A stretch of DNA of 64,000 nucleotides from Terriglobia bacterium (GCA_963666975.2 CAXVYR010000004.1:1280001-1344000); one strand, 5' to 3'. Counted from the first letter of the stretch, positions 21,820-31,879 are shown. Numbers and translations: made by a program. Notes: generated by a model from the sequence alone, not told the origin.

Positions 21820-23189
21820 CCCTGTGCTCCCTTCTTGGGCTTGCCGTCGTTCAACACTCCCTTCACCTCGCCCATGGCGATGACTGGCAGGAAGCGGCAG
21901 AAGAGCAAAAAACAAGTAAAAAACAGTCCGAAGCTGCCCGCCAGAGTCGCCAATTCAATCGATGTGGGAACATATCCGCTCCAGTTCGATGGCAGATAAT
22001 CCCGCTGCAACGATCCGGCGATGATGACAAACCGCTCGAACCACATCCCCACGTTGATCAAAATTGAAATGACAAACACGATCCCCAGGTGGGAGCGGAC
22101 TCGCTTTGACCATAGCAACTGCGGGATGAGCACGTTGCATCCCACCATGATCCAGTACCCCCAGCCCAGCGGGCCCAGGGCGCGGTTCATAAACGCAAAC
22201 TGTTCATATTGGTTGCCGGAGTAGAGCGCGGTAAAAAACTCCGTCAAGTAGGCGAGCCCCACCATGCCGCTGGTGGCAATCACGATTTTGCACATCGCGC
22301 CGACGTGGCGATGGGTGATGTAGTCCTCCAACCGCATCAGCTTCCTGGCGAGGATCATCAGCGTCAGGACCATCGCCATGCCGGAGAAGATGGCTCCCGC
22401 CACAAAGTAGGGCGGGAAGAGGGTCGTATGCCAGCCGGGAATCATCGACGTGGCAAAGTCGAAGCTGCCGATGGTGTGCACGGAGACCACCAAGGGTGTG
22501 GCCAAACCCGCCAGGAGCAGATAGACCGTTTCATAGTGCTGGCACGTCCTGTAGGAGCCGTTCCAGCCCAAACTGAAAAAAGCAAAGAGGCGGCGGCGCA
22601 ATCCGGGTTTCAGACGGTCGCGGACCGTCGCCAAATCCGGGACCATCCCCACGTACCAGAACATCAGTGAGATGATGAAATAGACGGAGATGGCGAATGC
22701 ATCCCAGGCCAGAGGCGAGCGGAAATTAATCCACAGGGGGCTCCGGAAGTTGGGGTAGGGGAAAACCCAGTAGGCCAGCCAGGGACGCCCCATATGAATG
22801 AGAGGGAAAATCCCGGCGCACATTACGGCAATCAGCGTCATTGCTTCAGCGGACCGGTTGACCGAGGTGCGCCACCTCTGGCGCAATAGGAACAGGATGG
22901 CGGAGATCAGCGTTCCGGCATGCCCGATGCCGATCCAGAACACAAAATTTGTAATATCGAAAGCCCAGCCAACGGTGTTGTTGAGCCCCCAGGTTCCGAT
23001 CCCTGTAGACACCTGGTAGGTGACGGCAGCCATCCCCACCAAAAGAACCGTAACCGAAGCGAGAAATGCCGCCCACCATAGCGCCGTCGGCCTGCGCTCC
23101 ATCGGCACGCAGATGTCCTCCGTCACCTCCGAAAGCTGCTTGTTTCCCTGAATCAGGGGTTGCTGAAGCACCACGTCGGCACTAGCCAT
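21816..23189 (-). CDS. actC: alternative complex III subunit C (NrfD/PsrC family)
   Basis: W.FDITNFVFWIGIGHAGTLISAIL, WRTS.NR.AEAMT, HMGRPW, WHTT.FPPYFVAGAIFSG. Confidence 0.95.
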   Translation of the reverse strand: MASADVVLQQPLIQGNKQLSEVTEDICVPMERRPTALWWAAFLASVTVLLVGMAAVTYQVSTGIGTWGLNNTVGWAFDITNFVFWIGIGHAGTLISAILFLLRQRWRTSVNRSAEAMTLIAVMCAGIFPLIHMGRPWLAYWVFPYPNFRSPLWINFRSPLAWDAFAISVYFIISLMFWYVGMVPDLATVRDRLKPGLRRRLFAFFSLGWNGSYRTCQHYETVYLLLAGLATPLVVSVHTIGSFDFATSMIPGWHTTLFPPYFVAGAIFSGMAMVLTLMILARKLMRLEDYITHRHVGAMCKIVIATSGMVGLAYLTEFFTALYSGNQYEQFAFMNRALGPLGWGYWIMVGCNVLIPQLLWSKRVRSHLGIVFVISILINVGMWFERFVIIAGSLQRDYLPSNWSGYVPTSIELATLAGSFGLFFTCFLLFCRFLPVIAMGEVKGVLNDGKPKKGAQG

Positions 23190-24124
23190 GGTGATTTCCA
23201 TCCTCGCTTTCAGGCCGGTTGCGAACCAACCGCAGATACCCGACCGCAGGCCGGACATTAATCTCTTCCAGCACCCGGTAGACGCGCTCGCTTTGCAGCA
23301 GCAGCGACACCTTGCTGGCCGGATCGTTCACATCACCGAAAACAATGGCCTTCGTTGGGCAGGATTGCTGGCAAGCCGCCTGCACATCACCATCTGCTAA
23401 GGGTCGCCCCTCCCGTTTCGCTTCGCTCTTGGCATCCTGAATTCTCTGGATACAGAAAGAGCACTTTTCCATTACGCCACGGGATCGCACAGTGACGTCC
23501 GGATTGAGCACCAAGTTCGCCATGCGGTCCTCGCGCGGGTAATCGAACCAGTTAAAGCGGCGCACTTTGTACGGACAGTTGTTGGCGCAATAGCGCGTGC
23601 CGACACAGCGGTTGTAGATCTGGTGATTGAGCCCCTCTTCGGTATGGACCGTCGCCAGCACCGGGCAGACGGTCTCGCAGGGAGCATGCTCGCAATGCTG
23701 GCAGAGCATCGGCTGGTGCACTATATCCACTTCAGCTTCATCGGCGTCCACTGAGTAATAGCGGTCGATACGAATCCAGTGCATCGCGCGCTTTCGCCGC
23801 ACCTCGTCCTTGCCGACCACGGGGACGTTGTTCTCCACCTGGCAGGCGATGACGCAACCGGAGCAGCCGGTGCATGCATTCAGGTCAATCGCCATGCCCC
23901 AGCGATGGCCGGGGAAGGGATGATCCCGTGGCCAGAGATCTTCTTCCTGGACGTGATGTTTGTGCCCCCCGGCGGCGGGGTCCTTCAGAAACTCCGGCAA
24001 GGTGGTTTCCTGAACGATGGGTCGGGGCTCGGCATTCCCGATGGCGAGGTGGTGCGGAACGCTCAATGTGTGATGACTCTGCGTGCTTGCCAGCTCGTGC
24101 CTCTTGCCGGTTTTGGCGACGGAC
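23182..24124 (-). pseudogene. actB: C-terminal Fe-S domain of alternative complex III subunit B, 5'-truncated by IS3
   Basis: CTGCSGC, CQHCEHAPCETVCP, RCVGTRYCANNCPYK, MEKCSFC motifs; upstream LASTQSHH retained; frame ends at the IS end at 24125. Confidence 0.88.
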
Positions 24125-24425
24125 TGTGCCCCGTCAGGGCTTGTTGGACAGGTAGAGGGTAATAGTTAAGGTGATGTTTTTGGCTCATCGTAGAGACTGA
24201 AAGGAACGAAGATGAGACAAAAACAAGACGACAGGGGGGCGGTCGAGAAGGCCGTCCGGGAGATCAAACGCAGGACGCGGCGCAGGTTCAGCCCGGAAGA
24301 CAAAATCCGCATTGTATTGCAGGGACTTCGCGGCGAGGACAGCATCGCGGAGCTGTGCCGCCGCGAGGGGCTGCACCAGAACCAGTATTACCACTGGAGC
24401 AAGGAGTTTCTGGAGGCTGGCCGGC
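24125..24425 (+). mobile_element. IS3-family left end with OrfA fragment
   Basis: TG start (TGTGCCCCG...); IKRRTRRRFSPEDKIRIVL.GLRGEDSIAELCRREG....YY.WSKEFLEAG HTH, truncated. Confidence 0.85.
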
Positions 24426-24793
24426 AATCCATGCGGAAGGGGAGCGACCCGCGAACCACAGTAACCCGGCGAATCAGTTCGTGATGCCCGTGCCCGCTGG
24501 CAGGCCGGCCAATCGGCATATAATCGGTAACCTCGCCGACTCCCTCAGGGCAAAGGAACCGCGTCACGAGGACGTTGGTACCCGGCCAGTAATAACTGCT
24601 TCTGGGTGACTTTACCCACAGTGGGAGCAATATGAAATCGCCCGCCTTTCTTGTCATCGAGGATAGCCGCAAACACGCTGGGTGAATCGAAATGGGGATA
24701 ACAAAGCCAGTCAATCGAACCGTTCATCCCCACCAGAGCCACAGTATGCATGTCACCGATCATCCCGTAGTTTTCGATTGGTTGATATGGCAT
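24420..24793 (-). pseudogene. N-terminal fragment of a glycoside hydrolase family 15 (trehalase/glucoamylase-like) gene
   Basis: [33 protein letters not shown], frameshift near 24590, then Y.PGTNVL.TRF..DYMP; fused to the IS3 fragment. Confidence 0.85.
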
Positions 24794-24984
24794 CACAGCA
24801 CTCCAGGGTCACGTTTCAGCAGAACGCTCAGGTCCCGAGAACGCTTAAAGTCGAGAGTGAAATTTAACAGGTACTTGGTCATTTGAGACTCCGTGCTTCC
24901 TAACACCCGCCTGATCAGCTAATTTGTTCCGGCTCGGCGGGCACCAATTCGCTATAGCAGCAGTTGAAGATACAACGCTTCGAA

Positions 24985-25872
24985 TCAGGTGCGGTCGCTG
25001 ATGCGCGCCGCCTGGCGATTGCCCCGGTGCGCATAAAGAAGCTCGCTGAGTTTGTGGTGATGCAGCTTGGCACAGAGAACGGCTTGGACCCCCATCGCCC
25101 GGGTGTAGACTTCCGCCGCCAGAAGCATTCCCAGCGGAGGAGCGGTGAAATAGAGCCAGAGCGCGTTCCACAGCTGCGGGGGCAGTGCCGATCCGAGCGA
25201 ACGTGCCGGGTTCATACTCATCCCGGAAATCGGCGCTTCTACAGTAATGTAAGTGGCTACCAACAAGCCTGCAAACAAGCCGGTGAACCGTGCAACGGAC
25301 CGCCGGTTGGATACCACAAGGACCGTAAGCATGAGTCCGAAGGAAATGACCGCCTCGGCCACAAATGCTATCTCTATGCCTCGTGAACCTGGAACGGTTG
25401 CTACAAAGTTAACCGCCGGGTGGGAAAGCCACGTCCCGAGCAGGCCCCTAACGAGCAATACGCCTCCGACGGCGCCAAAAAACTGAGCCGCCACGTAGAA
25501 GAAGGCATCGGGTAGTTTCACCTTTCCCAACCGGAAAAAGGCCAAGGTAATGGCAGGATTGATATGCGCCCCGGATCGTTGGCCCCACGGAGAATAAATA
25601 ACGCCGATGGCGGTTAACCCCATTGCCAGTCCCATCAGGACGCGGCGCGCTACCGGGTTCTCAATCGATTCGTACAGGGGTGATTGTGGGTATTCCAACA
25701 AGGCGCCGAACACGCAGGCGGCGACCATAAATATACCGAGCCCGGCTGCCTCCATCAGATACTCCGGCCAATGCTGGGCCAATGCAACACGGAAGTTGTG
25801 AACCCCCCATTCCCCTGGGCCGGGGGAGCCGGTGGAATTCAAGATTTTATTCTTCCCGGCTTCTGTGTTCAT
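24985..25872 (-). CDS. aquaporin (MIP family) with C-terminal tail interrupted by a 67-bp insertion
   Basis: SGAHINPA and SGMSMNPARS motifs; CAKLHH tail whose continuation KRCIFNCCY lies in another frame beyond the insert. Confidence 0.92.
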   Translation of the reverse strand: MNTEAGKNKILNSTGSPGPGEWGVHNFRVALAQHWPEYLMEAAGLGIFMVAACVFGALLEYPQSPLYESIENPVARRVLMGLAMGLTAIGVIYSPWGQRSGAHINPAITLAFFRLGKVKLPDAFFYVAAQFFGAVGGVLLVRGLLGTWLSHPAVNFVATVPGSRGIEIAFVAEAVISFGLMLTVLVVSNRRSVARFTGLFAGLLVATYITVEAPISGMSMNPARSLGSALPPQLWNALWLYFTAPPLGMLLAAEVYTRAMGVQAVLCAKLHHHKLSELLYAHRGNRQAARISDRT

Positions 25873-25972
25873 GCTTGTAGGGTGACAAACAAAGCTGCTC
25901 GTAAGAGCGGTGCTAACTAACTAATGATGTGAACTGAATTTCAGGTTGAGTTTCCCCGCCTCCCTGACAACT

Positions 25973-26166
25973 CTAGCTCGTTTTCGCAAATGGTGTAGAC
26001 CGCTCCGCCATCGGAACCAGGCAACCTCTTTGGCTGTCATCCTGAGCGAAGCGAAGGATCTGCTTTTGTACAAGGGGATTGGCCCTTACCCGGCGAAAAG
26101 CAGATTCCTCGCTGCGCTCGGAATGACAACGCGTTGTGGTTTACACCATTTGCGAAAACGCTCTAG
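25973..26166. mobile_element. MITE-like element D carrying a GTCATCCTGAGCGAAGCGAAGGATCT-type REP pair
   Basis: CTAG flanks; TIR CGTTTTCGCAAATGGTGTA(G/A)ACC; inner inverted pair at 26036-26061 and 26101-26127. Confidence 0.85.
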
Positions 26167-26169
26167 CTC

Positions 26170-26330
26170 GGATCACCGTGGCTACATTCGGATGTTGGAT
26201 GCCACCGAAACCAGAAGGACTCAGTATTTCGTAAGCGCCAAGTTGAGTTCCAGGAGAAACCGCCGCGCTATGGCCCCCGCCTGATTGAAAATAATGGGGA
26301 AAGATTACATGAGGAAAGAGGGTAAATCAA
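26170..26330 (-). pseudogene. Ser/Thr kinase 5' remnant with promoter (kinase-promoter family copy 3)
   Basis: TTGATT-17 nt-TAATCT; VSPGTQLGAYEILSPSGFGGI fused to HPNVATV (internal deletion). Confidence 0.75.
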
Positions 26331-26425
26331 TTGAGTGCAGGGAACTTCCTGGGCCTGTACCGAGCGCTGAGTGCGGTCGAATATGATTCATTTCATAGAA
26401 GAAATCCGCAAGGGAATTCATCTGC

Positions 26426-26455
26426 AAAAAAAAACGGCCCTGAATGCCGGGGCCG
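26426..26455 (-). terminator. Rho-independent terminator after iorB
   Basis: CGGCCCCGGCATTCAGGGCCG hairpin followed by T9 on the minus strand. Confidence 0.8.
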
Positions 26456-26483
26456 CAAGCATTCTTGCCAAGATGTAGCCGGA

Positions 26484-28649
26484 TCAGGCCGTGCTCAGTT
26501 CTGCCGGGCGGATGGGCAGCCGGCGTATGCGCTTGCCTGTTGCGGCGTAGATGGCGTTGACGACTGCTGAGAAGATCGGGGGCGTGCCTGGCTCGCCCAT
26601 GCCGCCGGGGGTTTCCGTGCTGGGCACGATGTGGACCTCGATCTCCGGCATCTCGTTCATCCGCAGCATCTGGTAGTCGTGAAAGTTGGACTGGACGACC
26701 CGGCCCCGGTCGATGAGTATCTCGCCCTTCAGAAGCGCGGTCAGCCCGTATACGATGCCGCTTTCCACCTGCGCCTTGATTGTGTCGGGGTTGATGATCC
26801 AGCCGCAGTCCACCGCCGCCGTGACACGGTGCACACGAACCTCGCCGTCCCGGCCGACGGAAACTTCCGCCACTTGGGCGATGATGCTGCCGAAGGATTC
26901 ATGCACGGAGATACCCCGTGCCCTGCCGCTGGGCAATGGCTTTCCCCAGCCGGCATTCTCGCCGGCTAATTCCAAAGCTGCTTTGTGGCGGGGAGCCTTG
27001 TCGAGCAGTTGCCGACGCAACTCCAAGGGGTCCTTGCCGGCCATGACGGCGATTTCGTCGAGGAAAGACTCCGTGACATAGCCGTTGACGGAATTACCGA
27101 CCGAGCGCCAGTAACCGACCGGAATGCCCGGTTCGAATCTCACATACTCGACGCGAACGTTGGGAATGTTGTAAGGCAGGTCGGCGGCGCCTTCCATAGA
27201 GTTGCGGTCAACGCCTCCCGCTGAATCCAGACCGCGAGGGTTGCCTCGGGCGCGCAGCGAGGGCTGCACGAGCCGCTGCATCCAGGCAACGGGCATGCCG
27301 GACTCATCCAGAGCAGCCCAAAAGCGTGCGTAAGAGACGGGGCGATAATAGTCATGCTGGATATCGTCCTCACGGGTCCAGATCACCTTCACCGGGCGGC
27401 CGACAGCCTTGGAGGATTCCACAGCGTCGGCGACAAAATCGGTCTGGCCGCGGCGGCCGAAGCCACCGCCCAGATAGAGAGTGTGGACCTTGACAGCGTC
27501 CGGCGGCAGACCGGTGATCTCGATCGCTGCGCGGTGAGTGCTGGTCTGGGATTGGGTGGAAACCCAAACATCGCAGCCATCTGCACGGACATCGGCGGTG
27601 CAGTTCATCGGTTCCATGCAGGCGTGCGCCAAGTAAGGGACTTCGTAGGTGGCCTCGAAAGTGCGGGAAGCCCCCGACATGGCAGCGGTGAAGTCGCCGT
27701 CGTTACGCGCCACGGCGCCCGTTTTCTGGCCGAGTTCTGCCAGTTGCTTGCTGATGTCGGAACTGCTCAATCCGGCCAGGGGGCCTTCGTCCCACTGAAT
27801 CTCCAGGGCCTGGACGCCCTTTGTGGCGGCCCAGTAATTGTCCGCGATGACGGAAATACCGGAGCTGATCTGGATGACATGACGGACGCCGGGAACGGCT
27901 TTGGCCTTGTCGGCGTTGAAGCTTTTGACCTTCCCTTCGAAGACGGGACAGCGGACGACCCGCGCCACGAGCATATTGGGCCGCGAGATGTCTATGCCGA
28001 AAACCGCGCTGCCGTTGACCTTCTCTGGAATATCGAGGCGCGCCAGGGGCTGGCCGAGCAGACGGAATTCGTCGAAGTCCTTGAGAGTGACCTGTTCGGG
28101 GACCGGCAGAGTCGAGGCCTTTTCGACGAGCTGGCCGTACTGCAGACGGCGGCCCGTGGAGGAGTGGATGACTTCTCCCTTTTCGGTGGAGCATTCATTT
28201 TCCGGGACGCCCCAGGTCTGGGATGCGGCAGCGACCAGCATGGCGCGGCCGGTAGCGCCGGCCTCGCGGAACAACTTCCACATACCCCGGACGCTGCGGC
28301 TGCCGGCGGTGGACTGCGATCCGCCAAAACCGGGATTGCCGTAGGCGGGGTCGGCAGGCGCCCAAACGGTATCCAGCTTCTGCCAGTCCATGTCGAGTTC
28401 TTCGGCGATCAACATCGGCATGGAGGTCATCACGCCCTGGCCCATCTCCAGTTGCGTGAGAGTGATCGTCACAGTATCGTCGGTGCCGATCTGGATCCAC
28501 ACGTTCGGCTCGAATACCTCCGAAGCAGCCGTCGTTTCCTCATTCATTCCGAGGTAGCCGGGCAAATAAAGCCCGATCAGGAGACCGCCGCCAGCGGCAG
28601 CCCCGACTTTCAAGAATGTGCGTCTGGTGAGATTCATTGCCTGTGCCAT
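26484..28649 (-). CDS. iorB: xanthine-oxidase-family molybdopterin subunit (isoquinoline 1-oxidoreductase beta-like), Tat-exported
   Basis: TRRTFLK Tat motif; EMGQGV.T, LAHA.MEPMN, LGGGFGRR, W.REDD, G.GEPG.P. Confidence 0.9.
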   Translation of the reverse strand: MAQAMNLTRRTFLKVGAAAGGGLLIGLYLPGYLGMNEETTAASEVFEPNVWIQIGTDDTVTITLTQLEMGQGVMTSMPMLIAEELDMDWQKLDTVWAPADPAYGNPGFGGSQSTAGSRSVRGMWKLFREAGATGRAMLVAAASQTWGVPENECSTEKGEVIHSSTGRRLQYGQLVEKASTLPVPEQVTLKDFDEFRLLGQPLARLDIPEKVNGSAVFGIDISRPNMLVARVVRCPVFEGKVKSFNADKAKAVPGVRHVIQISSGISVIADNYWAATKGVQALEIQWDEGPLAGLSSSDISKQLAELGQKTGAVARNDGDFTAAMSGASRTFEATYEVPYLAHACMEPMNCTADVRADGCDVWVSTQSQTSTHRAAIEITGLPPDAVKVHTLYLGGGFGRRGQTDFVADAVESSKAVGRPVKVIWTREDDIQHDYYRPVSYARFWAALDESGMPVAWMQRLVQPSLRARGNPRGLDSAGGVDRNSMEGAADLPYNIPNVRVEYVRFEPGIPVGYWRSVGNSVNGYVTESFLDEIAVMAGKDPLELRRQLLDKAPRHKAALELAGENAGWGKPLPSGRARGISVHESFGSIIAQVAEVSVGRDGEVRVHRVTAAVDCGWIINPDTIKAQVESGIVYGLTALLKGEILIDRGRVVQSNFHDYQMLRMNEMPEIEVHIVPSTETPGGMGEPGTPPIFSAVVNAIYAATGKRIRRLPIRPAELSTA

Positions 28650-28650
28650 G

Positions 28651-29115
28651 TTACGCCTCCGCTCGGATCGTCTGCGCCGCGCGGTGAATGGCACGGCGGA
28701 TGCGCTGGTAGGTCCCGCACCGGCAGATGTTGCCCGACATGGCGCTGTTGATGTCCTCGTCGGTGGGGTTGGGGTTGCGGACCAGCAAGAAAGCCGCCGA
28801 CATGATCTGTCCAGACTGGCAATAGCCGCACTGGGGCACCTGCTCGGCGATCCATGCCAGTTGCAGGGCGTGCGTGGAATCGGCCGAGAGGCCTTCGATG
28901 GTCGTAATCTTCTTCCCGGCAGCCGCCGAGACTGGAGTGCTGCAAGAGCGGACCGGAGTGCCTTCCAGATGCACGGTGCAGGCGCCGCACTCCGCTATGC
29001 CGCAGCCGAACTTCGTTCCGGTCATTCCCAGCGTCTCCCGGATGACCCACAGCAAAGGGGTGTCCGGGCTGACGTCCACTTCGTGTTGCTTTCCATTGAC
29101 GTTCAGAAAAATCAT
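28651..29115 (-). CDS. iorA: [2Fe-2S] subunit (isoquinoline 1-oxidoreductase alpha-like)
   Basis: [35 protein letters not shown]. Confidence 0.92.
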   Translation of the reverse strand: MIFLNVNGKQHEVDVSPDTPLLWVIRETLGMTGTKFGCGIAECGACTVHLEGTPVRSCSTPVSAAAGKKITTIEGLSADSTHALQLAWIAEQVPQCGYCQSGQIMSAAFLLVRNPNPTDEDINSAMSGNICRCGTYQRIRRAIHRAAQTIRAEA

Positions 29116-29780
29116 GGCCAGCTCCTGAATGTGCGAATGCCCTGCGTGAATTTAAGTCGCCCCCGCAGAGACGGGATTTGATATGGCAAAGTTTATCCAT
29201 TTCCGGGGGCAAGAGCAAGGAAGAAAAGGAGGAAGATGATGGGGGTAGTGGGTAGTTTCCCATTTGCCGACTCTGCGGCCAAGTGACGCAGAAATCGGTA
29301 AATAAAGTGGCGTTACTCGCGGGTAATCGGTGAAGCGACTGTTTGCCAGTATGCTGGGGCGGATAGAAAGCTGCCGCTTCCGTCGGGATAGCCGAGACTG
29401 CGGCACCCAAGAAACGGATTTCGATATCCTCCAGGAATGGACAGATGTCTGAAAAAGCTGATTCTGGATGCCGGGGCGAAGGGTTTTCAGGACCCGGAAA
29501 AGGGCGGCTGAGAGTCTGTGGGACTGTCTGGGAAAAGAATCTTTCTTGGAGGAGTCGGTTGGAAGGAATCGTGTGTATACTGTCAACCGCCGGAGAGTCA
29601 AAAAACTAATTCCGGTTCATGTTCGTCTGCTCTGAGGCTTGTTTCTGCTGTCACCGCAGAGGAATCCGTAGGGGCAGCATATCACGAAACCGCCTCTAAT
29701 ACCTTTCCCGCCTGTGCGCGATATTGACTGCCTTCCAGGTGGTGGTATTCCTGATAGCGGTGGGGGGGGGTCTGAGTGGG

Positions 29781-29836
29781 AATCTATGGGTTCCTATAGA
29801 TTATTGTTTACAAACCGGGGTGTAGATGGTTATCAT
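29781..29836 (+). promoter_or_regulatory. inverted-repeat operator and promoter of the island HTH gene
   Basis: AATCTATGGGTTCCTATAGATT palindrome (29781-29802), then TTTACA-18 nt-TATCAT. Confidence 0.55.
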
Positions 29837-29847
29837 TGCTAACATTC

Positions 29848-30060
29848 ATGAAAACGATTACACCCGAACGTTGGTATACCGCAAGAGAGGCCGTCGAACT
29901 TCTGGAGCGCGAAGTCACCGAAGCGACGGTGAAAGAATACTGCAATTCAGGCAAGCTGAAAGGCAAGAAAATGGGACCCAAAAAGCGGTGGATGGCTCTT
30001 GGGTCCTCTATCCAAAAACTGCGACGAGATTGGGGCATCGACGATGCAAAGCGGAACTAG
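29848..30060 (+). CDS. small excisionase/MerR-like HTH (HTH_17) protein
   Basis: WYTAREAVELL....TEATVKEYC.SGKLKGKK.G...W pattern. Confidence 0.8.
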   Translation: MKTITPERWYTAREAVELLEREVTEATVKEYCNSGKLKGKKMGPKKRWMALGSSIQKLRRDWGIDDAKRN

Positions 30061-30118
30061 CACAGTTCGGCTGAACTGTGGCATCATTACTGCTTTGCCA
30101 ATACCAGAGAGGAGACGC

Positions 30119-30331
30119 ATGCCAGCACCGCAGAAAAAAAGAGGGAAGCGGCGCGCATACACTGACCCACAGGATGCGCTTGCCAGATTTGACAATCCGC
30201 AGGTTCAGCGGGAGTTTCGTAAGTCTATGGACCGGTGGGCAAAAAAAACCCAACCCCTAATTGACGCCGTCCAGTCAGCTGAGCGACTCGACGAGAACGA
30301 TTTCGCCATCAGGATCAATACCAAAGCGTAA
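30119..30331 (+). CDS. 70-aa hypothetical peptide
   Basis: GAGGAG RBS; basic N-terminus, helical middle, C-terminal ERLDENDFAIRINTKA; 21 nt upstream of the next gene. Confidence 0.7.
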   Translation: MPAPQKKRGKRRAYTDPQDALARFDNPQVQREFRKSMDRWAKKTQPLIDAVQSAERLDENDFAIRINTKA

Positions 30332-30352
30332 GTTTGGGCCAGGCCCACGCCC

Positions 30353-31879
30353 TTGGAAAAACTCGAACAAAAACTTGACTTTTGGAAGCTAGGTGAAAAG
30401 CCCCTCGCGGAACTCCTCCAGCTCGAATCGCCACCTTTCATGGAACGGGGGGAGGCGCACCGTCAGCTTTCGTTTGTCGAGAAGCACGTCCGCGAGCTAG
30501 GGGCAAAATTAACGGTTGTTGAGAATCGTTATGTGGACCGGGACTACATGGAGGAACACAGTGTTTTTTATTCCAAGAACTTAGTCCCGTATCACAACTG
30601 GTGCCAACGCCTGCACTTCTTTAGGATGGAAGGGAAAGACCTAAAAGGTGAATTTAGGCGGCTCCGGGGTATCCGTGATAAGGCAGATTTTCAGTCAGAG
30701 TGCGAAGAATTTTCCACGAGGCACTACTTAGGCTTTAGTGTTATCAAACCCTTACCAGGGTGTCCGGTGGGGCGCACGGTCTTGCGGCCTTTCCCAGAAG
30801 ATGCTTCACCGGACTATCAACGAGAATTCAAATGCGTTTGCCTAAGAAACAAAGCTCATTTGCTCGGCATTCCGCTCTCCGTAACCGGCCTTCCATTTCA
30901 GCAACAAGATCTTGGCGTTAGCGCCTGTGCTACAACGGCCCTCTGGTCCGCACTACAAAGAGCCCGGGAACTCGAAGAAAGTGGGACCGCAACTCCAGCG
31001 CAAATAACGCTTCGGGCTTCTCAGTTTACGCTTCCATCCGGCAGAGCCATGCCGTCAGAAGGATTATCTGTCGACCAGATGTGCCAGGCAGTGCATTCCT
31101 TTGGTTACGCGCCAATTCTCTTCCGTGCGGAAGATTTCGAGTCTTCGCGGGGCGTTCTGTACGCCACGGTTCGTTCGGGAATCTCTCCCGTTCTGATTTT
31201 GGAGCAATCAAAAAAGAGCCTTAAACATGCAGTTGCGGTGGCTGGCATAAAGCTTAGAAAACAGCATGAGCCGGATTTCCTTATAGAGCTGATCGATGCT
31301 CGGTCTAACGACATGGCGGGGCTGTACATCCATGACGACCGGTTCGGACCTTATCTCACCACTCAGATTGAGAAGCATGGGAATCGATTACTGCTTCATG
31401 TGCCGTTTCCACCTCCACTTAAATCCGAGACCTGGCTTCTCTCGCACATTCTCATCCCAATGCACGCCAAGATACGCCTGTCGTTTGGCGATCTTCGGAA
31501 AGCAGCCATTCATGTGGTCCGGTCAGTTCATTCATTCCGGGCCAATGTCATGAACGTTCCGGAAACCGTGATTTCCTGGGATTCTCGGATCATCAGAGCG
31601 CACAATTACGTAGAGGAGATTCTTTTGTTTGGTGAGCAAAGGGTGTCTGACCTGTTAGTCGAGAGACTTTGTGCCGCGGTTTGTTTCTCCCGGTATCTGG
31701 CTTTGGTCAGAATCCGGGCGGACGATCTAGACCCAATCGATGTCCTTCTCGACACGACGAGCACGGAAAGGAATCTCACTGCGCTTGCGGTTGTCCGGAT
31801 CGGAAACTCCCAGCCAAATACTGCTGCGATGGCCGCTCTTTTGGGAAAGCACTATGACTGCCCGGTGATAGTTAGCTAG
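30353..31879 (+). CDS. hypothetical protein with predicted papain-like (C39/transglutaminase-type) Cys-His-Asp core
   Basis: FQQQD....ACATTALW (Gln oxyanion residue plus Cys), HAVAVAG (His), LYIHDD..GPY (Asp) in papain order; no signal peptide. Confidence 0.7.
   Translation: MEKLEQKLDFWKLGEKPLAELLQLESPPFMERGEAHRQLSFVEKHVRELGAKLTVVENRYVDRDYMEEHSVFYSKNLVPYHNWCQRLHFFRMEGKDLKGEFRRLRGIRDKADFQSECEEFSTRHYLGFSVIKPLPGCPVGRTVLRPFPEDASPDYQREFKCVCLRNKAHLLGIPLSVTGLPFQQQDLGVSACATTALWSALQRARELEESGTATPAQITLRASQFTLPSGRAMPSEGLSVDQMCQAVHSFGYAPILFRAEDFESSRGVLYATVRSGISPVLILEQSKKSLKHAVAVAGIKLRKQHEPDFLIELIDARSNDMAGLYIHDDRFGPYLTTQIEKHGNRLLLHVPFPPPLKSETWLLSHILIPMHAKIRLSFGDLRKAAIHVVRSVHSFRANVMNVPETVISWDSRIIRAHNYVEEILLFGEQRVSDLLVERLCAAVCFSRYLALVRIRADDLDPIDVLLDTTSTERNLTALAVVRIGNSQPNTAAMAALLGKHYDCPVIVS

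Noticed and set aside
29150-29760. Riboswitch or ncRNA upstream of iorA
   Set aside because: I could not recognise a Moco or other riboswitch consensus; an Rfam scan would be needed.
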